A DNA stretch of 64,000 nucleotides from Podarcis vaucheri (lineage: Eukaryota), in the NCBI GenBank assembly GCA_965113315.1, contig OZ220367.1. One strand, written 5' to 3'. The notes below the pieces were generated by a model. It was not told the origin of the DNA. It saw only the letters and a list, made by a program, of their open reading frames with translations, and ran no database searches. The position numbers and the translations under genes are program-made. Every line of letters starts with the position of its first letter. The first letter of the stretch is position 1. This document shows, in pieces, positions 61,611-64,000 of this stretch.

Positions 61611-63638
61611 GTGCTAGACAGACCTTGTAGCTGTAATGAAGGAAGGGAACTACTCAGCTGTCTTATTCAGCCTCTTATTCTTTGCAATCCTTTTGCCTTT
61701 CGTGACCATTTGGTCCTTAACTGTCTCCTGATATAAAGTTGCATTCTCATTCCTTTATGAAAATGCCTCCTGAATAAGGTGGGGCATTGCAGAAGCAGCT
61801 CCTCTCCTTCCAGTTTAGTGATGGGGAAGTGGCTGCAGAAAGTTCTGCAACCCGAGCCATGTCTGTGAGACTGGGTCCCTGTGAAAGCAGCCTCAGGTGG
61901 CTTTTCATCTAAAGTGAGCCTGCTCAATAGACTGATTCAGATCATGGGAATGAACACAGCCTGCCTTTCAGTGTTGGTTGTGTGATGTGGGGACACTTAA
62001 AAACAACAACGATATGGTCCATCCCCAGTCCTCCCCAATTTTAGCCGTATCATGCTTCCCCCCTCCCCCCCGAAGGCTGCCATGAGAGATAAGCTGACAT
62101 GAAAGATAGGGGACTGCTGTATCCTGTGTAATTTGAGCACTAGAAAAAGTCTAGATAGTTCCCTTGGGCATTGTTGTCTTGCAATGCTAAGAGTTCACGA
62201 CAGAGCAGGTTGAAATGCTTTCATGATAATGATGGAAGTGCAGTGAATGCTGTCATCTCTAACACTAACATTACATGCAAGAGGCTAGCTGGAAGAAGGG
62301 AACCAATCTAGGTGAACTGAAAGAAAGGGTTTACTGAAAACAAAAAGCATTCTCTAGGTGAGAACAAAATAAAAAAAGGAAATGAGTCTTGGAGAAATGG
62401 AGTTGCTTTTCAGTACTGCAGAGATGCTGCCTAAAAATGCAGTGAGCCAGAAAATGTTTCCCATGAGAAGAATCCTTCACTCATTCAGAGTTGGACAGAT
62501 CAGAAACCAAGGGCAGCTTTACTCATCACATGGCAGCAAATATCGTTTTTGCCATGTATGTGCAACAAAGGGAGTCAAGGCTTCCTAGCAATTTTCAGGG
62601 TACACATGCTTCCAAACACTGGACTCTTTTTTTTTTGCCATGTTCATGCTTTACATTCTCAGGTATACAAGTAACCATTTTACATGAATGCTGGGGGCGG
62701 GGGGGTGGGTGGAGTAACAGGCAAAAGCTTCCTAAACAATTGAGCTGTAGAATGCAGCTCACTGCTATGGTCCACAGTCTTCATGAAAACCTGCTTTCCG
62801 TTCTGAACTCTTGCATTTACAATTGATCAGTGATCTTCCAGCCATAATGTGGGATTGCACTGATTGAGTGTCTCCTTCCTTGCTGTGCTGGTATTTGTAG
62901 ACAAGAGAGGATTGCTTAGGGCTATTAGCACAAAGACAAAATACATAGAACCCTTGGAGAAGCACAATTGTTTCCAGCACATGCTGTTTTCCACTATATC
63001 AAGTAAGTGTTCCTTCAGTCTACCAGGGAGGTCTTTTGCGTGAGTCTTTGTTTGTCAAGGATAGTAGTGCTCTCAACAAAGATTTATTTTCTGACACAGT
63101 TGTACGTCTTGCTGTTCACAAAGTGGTTGCCCTCTCTTGCCAAGGAAGCCCCAAATTGTTGTGGCTAGATATAGAAGCAGAGTGCTAAGAAAATAATACC
63201 AGAGGGAGAATTATACTACAGCCAAGCATATATACCCGTTCATATTTACAGAGATCTTCTAATGACCACTAATGTGGTGTCTATGGATTCCACAACTAGT
63301 ATATTATCTAAATTAATCTCCATCCTTGCTAATATAAGGGCTGCTTACCAGTGATCTTTGCTTTACAGAAAAACATATTAGTTCTGCTTAGTGTGCGAGG
63401 TAGATTTGAGTAACAGCTTTTATACTTTCAAAGGAAAAATGGCTATTATTTATTTGTCCTGGTAGGCAACCTGTGCTCTTTTTCTTTTAAAAAAACTGGA
63501 TACAAACTAACCTGCACTTGAATGATCCTTCAACACTTTCGTTTCATTAATCTTCCCTGACAGAAGAACTGCATCAAAACAGAAGCCTAACGTATGTAAT
63601 AAAAAGATGTTCAGTACCATAATCGGTTCTCTTTTCAG

Positions 63639-63779
63639 TGGGCAACTAGTTTCCTGCCTTGGGACAGACTTCCATCGAGGAGCTGGAGTCCTGGATGTTT
63701 TCTATGAAACACCTTCCACCTTGCTGTCTTGTGGGTATGATACCTATATCCGATACTGGGATTTACGGACGAGCACAAG
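63639..63779 (+). CDS. FBXW4: FBXW4 exon 7 (141 nt, phase 2-2): GQLVSCLGTDFHRGAGVLDVFYETPSTLLSCGYDTYIRYWDLRTST(R)
   Basis: Acceptor ctcttttcag, donor AG|gtcagt; inside ORF 63607..63873. Confidence 0.96.
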
Positions 63780-63941
63780 GTCAGTCTTGCAGCCTATTTA
63801 TCAAAGCTGGTTGGAAAAACTTTGGTTGCTAATTTCCTGGGTGTCTTGCTCTGACATTCCAGGCTACCCATAAGGACGGGTGATCCAGTATGTGGAAAAG
63901 AATGCTCTAAAGGTCTTTTGTGACATTTTTCTCCCCAAAAG

Positions 63942-64000
63942 GGAATGTGTCAAACAATGGGAAGAGCCTCACGACAGTGCCCTATACTGCATTAGGAGCA
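63942..64000 (+). CDS. FBXW4: FBXW4 exon 8, 5' part (cut by window end): ECVKQWEEPHDSALYCIRS
   Basis: Acceptor tttttctccccaaaag after a 162-nt intron; matches human KCVMEWEEPHDSTLYCL. Confidence 0.93.

Larger units (their letters stand above)
1..64000 (+). other. FBXW4: FBXW4 gene body (part of intron 1 through part of exon 8)
   Basis: Seven exons join in one frame into a WD40 protein matching vertebrate FBXW4 as recalled (VPVKERVKVSQNW, MPWMQL, GHEQEVNCVD, SGSRDRTAKVW, FVTGTACCGH, LLSCGYDTYIRYWDLRTS, WEEPHDS). Confidence 0.97.

Overview
Vertebrate genomic DNA from a squamate reptile. The Sauria-type SINEs, CR1 tails and MITE families resemble those of lacertid lizards; the species call is inference. 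The whole window lies inside one + strand gene, FBXW4 (dactylin, F-box/WD40). Seven coding exons matching exons 2-8 of the human gene (numbering from memory) splice into one open frame: 4707-4802, 6237-6422, 7462-7594, 10438-10532, 47036-47101, 63639-63779 and 63942->64000. Exon 1 (F-box) is upstream and the window ends inside exon 8. Intron 2 needs a GC donor. Exons 2-5 total 510 nt with phase-2 boundaries at both ends, so a back-spliced circle would carry a stop-free endless ORF, and inverted Sauria SINEs flank the block. Introns 5 (36.5 kb) and 6 (16.5 kb) alternate transposon debris (CR1, L2, L1, Penelope, SINEs, hAT and Tigger MITEs, a piggyBac fossil) with repeat-free, CpG-retaining, motif-dense blocks. 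These blocks are candidate orthologues of the long-range Fgf8 enhancers known in mouse Fbxw4 introns. Nearly all other ORFs in the track are spurious or transposon-derived. No prokaryote-type systems are present.
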